Positions 1-8,570 are shown, counted from the first letter of the stretch. The stretch is 17,707 nt of DNA from a virus (IMGVR_UViG_3300001765_000263:64001-81707), one strand, 5' to 3'. The notes: generated from the letters alone by a model not told the origin. A program made the numbers and translations.

Positions 1-1
1 C

Positions 2-346
2 GGCAGTTTAATATCACTGCACAAAGAGGTATCTGACCCACACAGGCACACGATTGAAACCACTACTGAGGTTTTGGAATACGATTATCCATCATGGGAA
101 CACACATTGGCAATGATAGATCAGATGGATTATATCATTACCAATGAAACTTCAATTTCGGTAATGTCTGCTGCTATGGGGAAACCCACTATAGTCATTG
201 CACCTAAACCACCCTATATATGTTGGGCATCTCATATTCCTTGGTTTAAAGATGTTCATGTGTTTAGTAAGAACGATGAAAAATGGGAAGGCGCAATTGA
301 TGCTGCAGCAGACTACTTGAGGAATCGAATTGAAAGAGATATATGA
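2..346 (+). CDS. 5'-truncated GT9-like (GT-B fold) glycosyltransferase, C-terminal part; paralog of 2310-3785
   Basis: The frame is open from base 2 (GSLISLHKEV...), upstream of the TTG at 74 used by the track. WEHTLAMIDQMDYIITNETSISVMSAAMGKPTIVI aligns with FEDALACIGNLDLVITSCTSIAHAAAALGKKVIVF of 2310-3785, the typical GT9-like DLVIT.DT...H.A.ALG motif. Confidence 0.7.
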   Translation, partial: GSLISLHKEVSDPHRHTIETTTEVLEYDYPSWEHTLAMIDQMDYIITNETSISVMSAAMGKPTIVIAPKPPYICWASHIPWFKDVHVFSKNDEKWEGAIDAAADYLRNRIERDI

Positions 347-953
347 AGAAGTTCTGTCTGGATGGTTATACCAAACGAATGAGACTGGCGAAATAAAATA
401 TGATTACGACTATGTGCACAATGTGTATGACCGTTATGCCATGGTGGATGAAATGTCGAAATTGAGATATGACTTTATCAAGAGAAATGTCAAGTTTAAA
501 TCCATTCTAGACGTTGGGTATGGCAACGGATCATTCTTGAAGTATTGTTCAAAACATGGTAAAATATGCTTTGGGTATGATATATCTGGATATGAGTTAC
601 CAAAAGAAATAAGCGTTATAAATAGTATCAATGAGGCAGTCGATGTAGTTACATTTTTTGATTCATTAGAACATTTCCCACAACGAGATTTGAATTCTGT
701 TTTGGATCAATTGAAATGCAGATATATATCTATATCAGTTCCATGGAATCACTACTCAGGAAAAGATTTCAAGGACTGGAAACATAGAAAACCGAATGAA
801 CACCGACACCATTTTAATGCAACAGGTTTGGCAAGTTTGTTTTACAAGAGTAATTTTAGTTTGATTGAAGTGTCTTCATATGAAGACAAAATCAGGGGAA
901 CGATTCATGGGTTGCCCAATATATTGAGTGCAATTTTTAAAAAGTCAGAATGA
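330..953 (+). CDS. Class I SAM-dependent methyltransferase
   Basis: Motif I ILDVGYGNGSFL, then CFGYDIS and DVVTFFDSLEHF. TTG start with GAGGA at 319-323; overlaps the upstream stop. Confidence 0.8.
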   Translation: MKEIYEEVLSGWLYQTNETGEIKYDYDYVHNVYDRYAMVDEMSKLRYDFIKRNVKFKSILDVGYGNGSFLKYCSKHGKICFGYDISGYELPKEISVINSINEAVDVVTFFDSLEHFPQRDLNSVLDQLKCRYISISVPWNHYSGKDFKDWKHRKPNEHRHHFNATGLASLFYKSNFSLIEVSSYEDKIRGTIHGLPNILSAIFKKSE

Positions 954-960
954 GGTCATT

Positions 961-1755
961 ATGAAACTTGACGTAATTATTAGAACATGTGACAGATCAG
1001 GGGCATTACAGAATGGACAGATTCGGTTAGTGCCAGATGATCGTAAAGACATGATCTTGAAATGTGTCGATTCAGTATTCAAGGCATGTAATAACTCATA
1101 CCACAATATCAAAATCAAAGTTCTGGATGATCATTCGTCAGACGAGTTTCTGACAGAATTGAAAGAGAAAGCAGAGAAACTTTTCCATCCATATGAGGTT
1201 ATCAATCTGGAAGAGACTGGATTTAACCATTCTGCATTCATGCAATTCAAGACTGGATTGGAAGCAGAAGAATTGGTGTATTTCATTGAAGATGATTACT
1301 TCCATACTCCTGATGCAATCTCAACGATGACAAGTTTTATGCAAGCAGCACCTGCACAATCTTATCACCGTTTTAATCCTATGGTATTGACACCGTTTGA
1401 TTCACCACATCGATATTGGCCAGGATTGATTGAACCGTCATTGATGGTGTATTTTGAGAATCGCTATTGGAGAACGACACGATACACTGCCAACACCATG
1501 ATGATTCACAATCAAACACTGAAAACATTTTGGCCAATGTTTGAGAACCTTGCACGTAATTACCCAAAGGTAAAAGAGAACGACACGATCAATCAACTCT
1601 ATACCAATCTGGTTACACATGCTGGACCAATCGCATGTTTCTCACCAATCCCATCTGTTGCATATCATATGTCGTATCAGAATGAACCACCGAATGACTT
1701 GACGAACAAATTTACTAATTGGAAAAAGGAGTGGAATGATTATGAGTGGAATTAA
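961..1755 (+). CDS. GT-A fold (GT2-like) glycosyltransferase; paralog of 5746-6549
   Basis: VLDDHSSDEF and LVYFIEDDY (DxD-like) motifs, with a C-terminal PIPSVAYHM. The start is more likely the ATG at 961 (GAGG just upstream, 7 nt after the previous stop) than 928. Confidence 0.65.
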   Translation: MKLDVIIRTCDRSGALQNGQIRLVPDDRKDMILKCVDSVFKACNNSYHNIKIKVLDDHSSDEFLTELKEKAEKLFHPYEVINLEETGFNHSAFMQFKTGLEAEELVYFIEDDYFHTPDAISTMTSFMQAAPAQSYHRFNPMVLTPFDSPHRYWPGLIEPSLMVYFENRYWRTTRYTANTMMIHNQTLKTFWPMFENLARNYPKVKENDTINQLYTNLVTHAGPIACFSPIPSVAYHMSYQNEPPNDLTNKFTNWKKEWNDYEWN

Positions 1756-2317
1756 ATTACATTTGGGTAGTGGATACAAAAGTTTTGACGGATACAAAAA
1801 CGTAGATTTTGATGCGGCATGCAACCCTGATTTTGTGGTTGATCTGAGCAAACCAAATTGGCCATGGGAAGATAATTCAATTGATGCTGTTATCTCACAT
1901 CACCTCTTTGAACACTTAGGTGATCCAGACTTCTTTATTTTCCTCAAAGAACTTTATCGAATTTGCAAACCCAATGCAATCATTGAGGTGGTAGTTCCAC
2001 ATCACCGTCATGATTGTTTTATGAATGACCCAACCCATCGTCGCCCAATCACAATTGAGGGTATGAGATTGTTCAGTAAAGCACACAATAAATACTGCAT
2101 AGAGATTGAAGATGGTTCAAGTCGTTTGGGGTTGTATTACGACATTGACTTTGAGATTATTGATTATAAGTTCAACATTGATCCGATGTACCAACCAATG
2201 TTGCAAGATATGCAACAAGGGTCACAAGAAGAAGCACAATTTCAAAGAATGTTGCGTGAGTTAAATAATACAATTGTGGATGTTAAATTTACATGGATGG
2301 TGATTAAAGATGAGTGA
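1736..2317 (+). CDS. SAM-dependent methyltransferase (Methyltransf_11-like, glycan-cluster type)
   Basis: KLHLGSG, NVDF, DLSKPNWPWEDNSIDAVISHHLFEHL, LKELYRICKPNA, VPHHRHDCFMNDPTH. The start may be 1736 or 1742. Confidence 0.8.
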   Translation: MIMSGIKLHLGSGYKSFDGYKNVDFDAACNPDFVVDLSKPNWPWEDNSIDAVISHHLFEHLGDPDFFIFLKELYRICKPNAIIEVVVPHHRHDCFMNDPTHRRPITIEGMRLFSKAHNKYCIEIEDGSSRLGLYYDIDFEIIDYKFNIDPMYQPMLQDMQQGSQEEAQFQRMLRELNNTIVDVKFTWMVIKDE

Positions 2318-3785
2318 TTGTGTGACTGGAAACTGTCAGGTTCCTATGCCTACAGAACAATCTGGCGATAACATGCCAGCATATCAAAACGCAATGAACG
2401 ATTTTGCCGCATTGCATATGACTATTGATCTGCTCAATCGAACAGAGAATTTTGAACTTATCAAGACCTTGTTTGGAAAACTTGAGAAGGACAAAATCTT
2501 TCCAAAGAATGTCATGGGATATGACCTATTGTGCTATGCATATTACAAGGCAAAAGAGTACAAGACAGCAATCAAGTATGGTGAATTTGCCGTGGGTGCT
2601 GCTGGTACTCCACAAGAGAAAATGGCAGTGCGCTATAACATTGGCAAGTGTTATTTGAACGGGAACGAACCAATCAAGGCACGTAATTCGTTTGACATGG
2701 TTTCCAAGATGGATCCAAACAAGATTGATGTTAAGTTGGATCTTGCTGCTGCACTGTATGCATGTAACCAAAAAGAAGAGGCATACGAATTACTGAAAGT
2801 ACTTGAGGACGAGAGTTGGCGATTTGATGATCGTGATGCATTGGCGATTCAGTTCAATTTGGGCGCACACGAAATGCGTCATGGCAATTTTAAAACAGGT
2901 ATGGACTATCTCTCCATTGGTCGCAAATTAAGAATTTGGGGATCATATACTCACAGGTTTCCTATTCCAGAATGGGACGGTAAGACATATGAGGGCAAGC
3001 ATATCCTTGTAGTTGGTGAGGGTGGTATCGGAGATGAAATCATCAATGCACGTTTTGTTAAGCATGTCAATGATCGTGGTATGAAGATGTCGTTTGCATC
3101 ATGTCAGAAACTTGATTCCATTCTTGCCAGATTGCCTTTTGAGACTACATTCAACTATCAGAAATTTACGACAGACATTCCACAGATTATGGATTTTGAT
3201 TTCTGGACACCAGCAATGAACTTACCAAAAGTGTGCGGTGTGGATTTCGATGATTTGTGGTATGGAGCATATTTGACTGTTGATCCAGAATATGATGCAA
3301 AATGGAAAGAGATTCTGCCCGATACAGGCAAACTCAAAGTCGGTGTGCGTTGGTCTGGCAATCCTTTGTACGAACATGATTTGCATCGTTCATTACCACT
3401 AACAGGATTATGGGAAAAGATCAAGGACAAAGGGTGGGACGTGTATTCCATTCAACGTGATTATGATTTGGAACGTCTCACAGAATTTCCAGAGATTAAA
3501 CCATTGCACGATCATCTAGAAACCTTTGAGGATGCACTTGCGTGTATCGGCAATCTTGACCTTGTGATTACCTCATGTACGTCTATTGCCCATGCTGCAG
3601 CAGCATTAGGTAAGAAGGTGATTGTATTTACACCAATCATGGATTATTACATCTGGTCAGAGGGTAGGACAGATTCGAGTTGGTATGGAAACAATCTGCG
3701 ACTTGCTAGACAGACAGTGCCTAAGTCGTGGAAAGAACCACTAGATCAATTAGATCAATTGCTAGAAGAAGTGAATAATGCGTGA
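2310..3785 (+). CDS. TPR-repeat protein with C-terminal GT9-like glycosyltransferase domain
   Basis: The N-terminal half has TPR-like helices (YAYYKAKEYKTAIKY; YNIGKCYLNGNEPIKARNSF; LAAALYACNQKEEAYELL). Then PEWDGK..GKHILVVGEGGIGDEI..RF, KVGVRWSGNP and DLVITSCTSIAHAAAALGK, the architecture of TPR-GT9-like proteins. Confidence 0.75.
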   Translation: MSDCVTGNCQVPMPTEQSGDNMPAYQNAMNDFAALHMTIDLLNRTENFELIKTLFGKLEKDKIFPKNVMGYDLLCYAYYKAKEYKTAIKYGEFAVGAAGTPQEKMAVRYNIGKCYLNGNEPIKARNSFDMVSKMDPNKIDVKLDLAAALYACNQKEEAYELLKVLEDESWRFDDRDALAIQFNLGAHEMRHGNFKTGMDYLSIGRKLRIWGSYTHRFPIPEWDGKTYEGKHILVVGEGGIGDEIINARFVKHVNDRGMKMSFASCQKLDSILARLPFETTFNYQKFTTDIPQIMDFDFWTPAMNLPKVCGVDFDDLWYGAYLTVDPEYDAKWKEILPDTGKLKVGVRWSGNPLYEHDLHRSLPLTGLWEKIKDKGWDVYSIQRDYDLERLTEFPEIKPLHDHLETFEDALACIGNLDLVITSCTSIAHAAAALGKKVIVFTPIMDYYIWSEGRTDSSWYGNNLRLARQTVPKSWKEPLDQLDQLLEEVNNA

Positions 3786-4377
3786 TTTTAAATTCACCAT
3801 CAATTGGTTTCTTGATAAGGTAGATACCCTATTCATGATTCAAAAGGTTCAGGATTGGGAGAACAAACCTCTCTCAATCCTTGAGATTGGATCGTATGAA
3901 GGGTATTCGACCACATACTTCCTAGATGTGTATTGTGCAAATCCAGATTCAACTATCATGTGTATTGATAATTGGAAAGGTGGTGTTGAACATGATGGCA
4001 CAGATTTCGAAGAGATATATAGAACATTCCTTCACAATATGAATGAGAGTGGAAAGGTAAATCAAGTGTCTCACCTACGTGGAAGCAGTATAGATTGTTT
4101 ATGTCAATTGCAACAACAAAAGGCAAGATATGATTTTATCTATGTTGATGGGTCACATCAGGCAACTGATGTTTTGGGAGATTGTGTTTTAGGGTTCAAT
4201 ATGCTAAAGGTTGGTGGAGTTATCATGTGTGATGACTATCTATGGAATCAGAATATAAGTAGTTTGACCATGAGACCAAAACTGGCAATTGATTCGTTTG
4301 CTAACGTTTTTTCAGATAAAGTAGAGATATTCAGAACAATGTCAAATTGTTTTGCTGCAAAAAAGATTAAGGAGTAG
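3778..4377 (+). CDS. Class I SAM-dependent methyltransferase (Methyltransf_24-like)
   Basis: ILEIGSYEGYST, CIDNW, YDFIYVDGSH and LKVGGVIMCDDY. Confidence 0.85.
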   Translation: MRDFKFTINWFLDKVDTLFMIQKVQDWENKPLSILEIGSYEGYSTTYFLDVYCANPDSTIMCIDNWKGGVEHDGTDFEEIYRTFLHNMNESGKVNQVSHLRGSSIDCLCQLQQQKARYDFIYVDGSHQATDVLGDCVLGFNMLKVGGVIMCDDYLWNQNISSLTMRPKLAIDSFANVFSDKVEIFRTMSNCFAAKKIKE

Positions 4378-4379
4378 AT

Positions 4380-4931
4380 ATGACAGTTTCAGTCGCATTA
4401 GTTAAATTAATGTATGTTGATAATTTTTATAATGACATTCACGATATAGCAGGTGCAGTCTATGGATTGAACTATGTTCCAAAGAAATTTGGTCATGAAG
4501 TGGACGATTTTAATATGATTGATCCAAGTCTTATTAACAGATTCAGATACATGTGTCAAGATGATAAGTTGGTTATTGATGAAAAGAATTCTGGTGTATT
4601 CAGAAAACCTATGATCAATATCCACTATGAAGATTTCAAAACTGCTTTCGATTGGTGCTTTACCATTGCGTTAGTTGAAACACAATTTCAGTTATACAAA
4701 CACACTAACGGGACAGAGGATGCACTCGCAAATCCAACATTGAATTCATACAACAACAATATTTTGGAATGGGATTGCATCACTAGCGTTACTTTGAAAC
4801 CGAATCAATGTGTTTTCTTTAGACCGTGGTTATACCACTCGTTTTTAGGTGGTCTAACCCAACACTATATCATGAATCATGATATTTCATTATATACACC
4901 AGAAGAAAAAGCGAGAATAGGATTGACATGA
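4380..4931 (+). CDS. 2OG-Fe(II) oxygenase-like protein (resembles phage DUF6445-type), possibly degenerate
   Basis: N-terminal VDNFY, an HxE at IHYE (4623-4631), a distal His in CVFFRPWLYHS (4836-4838), and GLTQ where a conserved RLTQ is expected. Confidence 0.5.
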   Translation: MTVSVALVKLMYVDNFYNDIHDIAGAVYGLNYVPKKFGHEVDDFNMIDPSLINRFRYMCQDDKLVIDEKNSGVFRKPMINIHYEDFKTAFDWCFTIALVETQFQLYKHTNGTEDALANPTLNSYNNNILEWDCITSVTLKPNQCVFFRPWLYHSFLGGLTQHYIMNHDISLYTPEEKARIGLT

Positions 4932-5749
4932 TCGGAAAAACTGCTGCTTATACCATATGTAAAAACGAACATCAATTCGTTGAAAAATGGTTGTACTACA
5001 CTCGTGAGTTTGATTACCGTGTCGTCCTTGACACTGGTTCGACTGATGGCACATGGGAAGAGTTTGAGAAGGCAGCAAAGGATGACAAAAATCTAATCAT
5101 TGAACAAAGAACATTCACCCCTTGGCATTTTTCTGTTGCTCGTAATTACAACATGACGATGGTTCCCAAGGATGTTGAGTGGGGATTATCACCAGACCTT
5201 GATGAGTATTTTTCGATCAACGTGTTACCAGAGATGGAAAAGACTATTGCAAAAATACCCCAAGTAACCAACATATCGTGTGATCGTCTAGATGTGTATA
5301 GTGATGTGGTCAGAGTTGGACCACCAAAAACGATTGGTACGAACAAGATCCATCGTTTCACAAAGTATAAGTGGAATCAACCAATCTACGAACATCTGGT
5401 GTGGATTGGTGAAGGAAATGAACTAGAGATTTATAACGATGACATTTATCTTATTCATGATCAGGACTTCAAGAAAAAAGAACGTAGTCCTCTCTATCTA
5501 AAAATGCTGCGAGAGGAATATGAAGTAAATCCGTCAAACTGTTGGACATTGTGGTTTCTTGTCAATCATTATTTCAAGGAGCAAGACCTAGACAATTTTG
5601 TCAAGACTGCATGTGACTTTATTAGGTATTCCAATCAAGACGAAAAATACAAAGAGATTAGACAGGTGTTGATTAGATTTTATCAAAATGATGAAGTGAC
5701 ACCAGAGTATAAAACGATGATTCAAGATGCAATGAAAAGTCGAAGATGA
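4928..5749 (+). CDS. GT2 glycosyltransferase (SunS/flagellin-GT-like N-terminus) with helical C-terminus; paralog of 6549-7469
   Basis: ICKNE, VVLDTGSTDGT, HFSVARN, SPDLDE (DxD), YKWNQPIYEHL and IHDQD. ATGA overlap with the upstream gene. Confidence 0.85.
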   Translation: MIGKTAAYTICKNEHQFVEKWLYYTREFDYRVVLDTGSTDGTWEEFEKAAKDDKNLIIEQRTFTPWHFSVARNYNMTMVPKDVEWGLSPDLDEYFSINVLPEMEKTIAKIPQVTNISCDRLDVYSDVVRVGPPKTIGTNKIHRFTKYKWNQPIYEHLVWIGEGNELEIYNDDIYLIHDQDFKKKERSPLYLKMLREEYEVNPSNCWTLWFLVNHYFKEQDLDNFVKTACDFIRYSNQDEKYKEIRQVLIRFYQNDEVTPEYKTMIQDAMKSRR

Positions 5750-6549
5750 AATATAGAGTCGTCTTCACAACGCACGATACTCAAATAGAAAGTTTACATG
5801 GTGGTGCGCGACTGTTTGATTTAAACAGAACAGAACTGGCAATATTCTCGTTTATATCTCTCATGGATGCGTTTAAGACAGCAAACATATCCCCAGACGT
5901 TTATATTATTGCAGATCGAATCACAGACCGTTTGCGTAATTTTTTTATTTCACAGAATGTGACGGAGATTATAGATGTCAAACCACATGGCACGTTTGAA
6001 ACCCATGGGTTAAAACCTGGGCAGTTTCTGGCATGGTTGAATACTGCATATGAAAAGATTCTGACGTTTGAACCAGAAGATATCATCTGTCACGTTGAAG
6101 ATGATTATGTATTTGTGGAAGAGGCAATCGTTGCCATAGATGAATTATATAAAATGGCAGGGACATATTTGTATGGGTTTGAGAATACAGATTTCATTAT
6201 TCACCCAAGCAATGAACCTGCGATGTATAGGGAAAAAAGTCTAACTGGAAAACTGGATTACAGACTATTTTATTCTCTGTTTAGAGTTTGGGTGCAATCA
6301 GACGCAGCACACCACACACTTTTCTATAAGCAACGTCTTATTCATGACGAGTTCATGAAAAATGCCTACATCAATGAAGATGTGCACAATCGAGAACCGC
6401 AACTTTGGGAATTTAGCAAGAGGAATCTTGGGTTAAGACCAATCCCAAGTTTGGCAAATCACATGAACCCATTCAACTCTGATCGACACCTAAATTGGGG
6501 TGCTAGATTAGATCAACTATACCACAAATACAACTTAGGTAAATACTAA
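5746..6549 (+). CDS. GT-A fold glycosyltransferase-like protein; paralog of 961-1755
   Basis: IICHVEDDY and RPIPSLANHM match the motifs of 961-1755. ATGA overlap. Confidence 0.55.
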   Translation: MKYRVVFTTHDTQIESLHGGARLFDLNRTELAIFSFISLMDAFKTANISPDVYIIADRITDRLRNFFISQNVTEIIDVKPHGTFETHGLKPGQFLAWLNTAYEKILTFEPEDIICHVEDDYVFVEEAIVAIDELYKMAGTYLYGFENTDFIIHPSNEPAMYREKSLTGKLDYRLFYSLFRVWVQSDAAHHTLFYKQRLIHDEFMKNAYINEDVHNREPQLWEFSKRNLGLRPIPSLANHMNPFNSDRHLNWGARLDQLYHKYNLGKY

Positions 6550-7469
6550 TGAAAATATCTGCAGCAGTTATATGTAAGAACGAAGAGCAGTTTATCCCCA
6601 AGTGGTTAAACATAATGAAATCCGCAGATGAGATTGTGGTGGTTGATACAGGGTCAACTGATAATTCTGTCCAATTATTGCGCGATGCAGGATGTAAGGT
6701 GATAGAAGAAATAATTGAACCGTTCGATTTTTCAAAAGCAAGAAATTTATCTGTGTTAAATGTAAGTGATGACACAGACTGGATTGTTACAGTAGATTTT
6801 GACGAAATGTTAGACGAGAACTGGCGAGAAAAATTTGAAGAACATATTTCACACAATCCATTTACCACCGCAGTCTGGTGCAAAGTAAATAGTCTGAATG
6901 CAAATGATGAATGGGAAGAGTATAAAGAAGGAAACAAGAAATTTTATCGCAATAAATATTACCAATGGAAGAGTCGCATACATGAGCATTTGGTGGCAAG
7001 TGGTGAAGAAATTGAATCAAGATCTGATATATGGTTGCATCATTATGCAAACAACGTAGGTAAAAAGGATGCGTGGTACACAAAACTATGTATTGAGGAA
7101 TTTGAAGAAAATGGAAACCATCATGCATTGTGGTTTGCTATACAACATTTTGTAAGGAATGAAAAACCATACGAAATAGTCAAGTATTGTAAGGCATATT
7201 TGAACAGCACTAAACATGAGACCGTCTCATTCAGAATATACGTTTATCATCATTTGATCAATGAATTGGTTAAACAGAAGCAGTTTCAAGATGTGTTCTA
7301 CCATTGTATGGGGTTGTTGGTTGAACATGCGTCAGTGGAAACCCAAAATTACATTATTCAAACTGTTCTATCTTGCAATCATTTGTCTTTTGCATTATTT
7401 GTTATTGACACGTTTGGCAGACAGGACTTATCTGAACTAAGGGAACAAATTATTACCAACTTAAAATGA
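6549..7469 (+). CDS. GT2 glycosyltransferase (SunS/flagellin-GT-like) with helical TPR-like C-terminus
   Basis: ICKNEE, DEIVVVDTGSTDNS, FDFSKARN, DWIVTVDFDE and YQWKSRIHEHL. TAATG overlap. Confidence 0.85.
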   Translation: MKISAAVICKNEEQFIPKWLNIMKSADEIVVVDTGSTDNSVQLLRDAGCKVIEEIIEPFDFSKARNLSVLNVSDDTDWIVTVDFDEMLDENWREKFEEHISHNPFTTAVWCKVNSLNANDEWEEYKEGNKKFYRNKYYQWKSRIHEHLVASGEEIESRSDIWLHHYANNVGKKDAWYTKLCIEEFEENGNHHALWFAIQHFVRNEKPYEIVKYCKAYLNSTKHETVSFRIYVYHHLINELVKQKQFQDVFYHCMGLLVEHASVETQNYIIQTVLSCNHLSFALFVIDTFGRQDLSELREQIITNLK

Positions 7470-8161
7470 CATTCACAACTTCATATCGAACAGACGTAAA
7501 AGCAGCATATATTCTAAGAATTAAAGGGAATGAAATTTCCGAAGAATTTACAAAAAAGTGCATTGCATCTTGTGATGAAGTGTGTATGCCGTATGAGATT
7601 GTTGATTCATATGACGGAACTTCTGGAAAAATAATTCCTCCTGCTAAAGTTCCAGATTATATGAACTTAGTAAAAATTACAAATACAAGTTTGACTTTTG
7701 GAGAACAATGTTGTGCTCTAGGGCATTTCATGCTATGGGCAAAATGTGTTGAACTAGACCAACCAATAGTGATATTGGAACACGATGCCATAATGGTAAA
7801 ACCATATACAGAGCATAAATATATCAATGCTATCGTTTATCTAGGAAACATTTCCCAACAACGAGGGTTAAAGAATGGTGCAGACATTTATCACACCATA
7901 AACGGGAATTACACCTATATGAATAGAGCACATGCATATGCAATAGACCCTGCAGTGGCGAGGCAAATGGTGGCAAAGATCATAAAATACGGTATTTTTA
8001 CCATTAATGACGTGTTTATTAGACTTGATGAATTTTGTGTCATTCAAGACGGGTTTTATGCATACGATAAAGCAGAATACAAAACAACAATTACTGGCAG
8101 AACAAGACCTTCTTTAGATCAAAAAAAGAAAAGATTGGATCATATGATCAGAAATACCTAG
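7466..8161 (+). CDS. GT25-family glycosyltransferase
   Basis: TFGEQCCALGHFMLWAKCVELDQPIVILEHDA matches the GT25 pattern GE.GC.LSH..LW.......ILEDD. AHAYAIDP matches the downstream AYxI motif. Confidence 0.75.
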   Translation: MTFTTSYRTDVKAAYILRIKGNEISEEFTKKCIASCDEVCMPYEIVDSYDGTSGKIIPPAKVPDYMNLVKITNTSLTFGEQCCALGHFMLWAKCVELDQPIVILEHDAIMVKPYTEHKYINAIVYLGNISQQRGLKNGADIYHTINGNYTYMNRAHAYAIDPAVARQMVAKIIKYGIFTINDVFIRLDEFCVIQDGFYAYDKAEYKTTITGRTRPSLDQKKKRLDHMIRNT

Positions 8162-8178
8162 TTCGCAATTTGCTTATT

Positions 8179-8186
8179 TATAAATA
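8179..8186 (+). promoter_or_regulatory. T4-type late promoter TATAAATA
   Basis: Exact T4 gp55 consensus in the 49-nt intergenic gap, 24 nt before the 8211 start. It lies within the palindrome TATTTATAAATA (8175-8186). Confidence 0.8.
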
Positions 8187-8210
8187 TATAATACATTTTA
8201 AGGAACCACT

Positions 8211-8564
8211 ATGGCAATTATTACAAATACGTTCAATCGCTATGCAAAAAATAACATATCATCTGGTGGGGAATTGTTAATTGACACCACTGGTGTTCCA
8301 ACAAATACTGATATGACAGTTATGGGGTTTGTTATTACCAACGTTACTGCAGCACCAATAACAATTACCGCATACGTAAGAATTGATGGCAATCCACACC
8401 ATCTAGTCAAGAACAATATTATCCCAGAAGGTGAATCATTGATTGTTATTGGTTGGGATCAAAAGTTAGTGTTAAAAACTACGGATGATATCTACGTCGA
8501 AACTAGTGGTCCAACAGAATTTGCAGATGCAATTTTGTCTGTGTTAGAAATCGCAAAGGTATAA
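8211..8564 (+). CDS. Hypothetical small beta-rich phage protein, probably virion/fiber associated
   Basis: 117-aa ORF with AAGGA RBS, directly after a late promoter. VMGFVITNV...HLVKNNIIPEGESL...KLVL...D.IYV...DAILSVLEI resembles a recurrent hypothetical found upstream of fiber genes in aquatic phages (from memory, not searched). Confidence 0.6.
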   Translation: MAIITNTFNRYAKNNISSGGELLIDTTGVPTNTDMTVMGFVITNVTAAPITITAYVRIDGNPHHLVKNNIIPEGESLIVIGWDQKLVLKTTDDIYVETSGPTEFADAILSVLEIAKV

Positions 8565-8570
8565 ACACCT

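Noticed and set aside
928-960. Track start at 928 for the first EDDY-type GT
   Set aside because: The ATG at 961 has a GAGG upstream, avoids a longer overlap, and aligns with the MKYRV start of the paralog.
2087-7821. Internal NATAAATA matches at 2087-2094, 6951-6958 and 7814-7821 as late promoters for the cassette
   Set aside because: All are inside coding sequence, none is the full TATAAATA, and this frequency is about what chance gives in AT-rich DNA.
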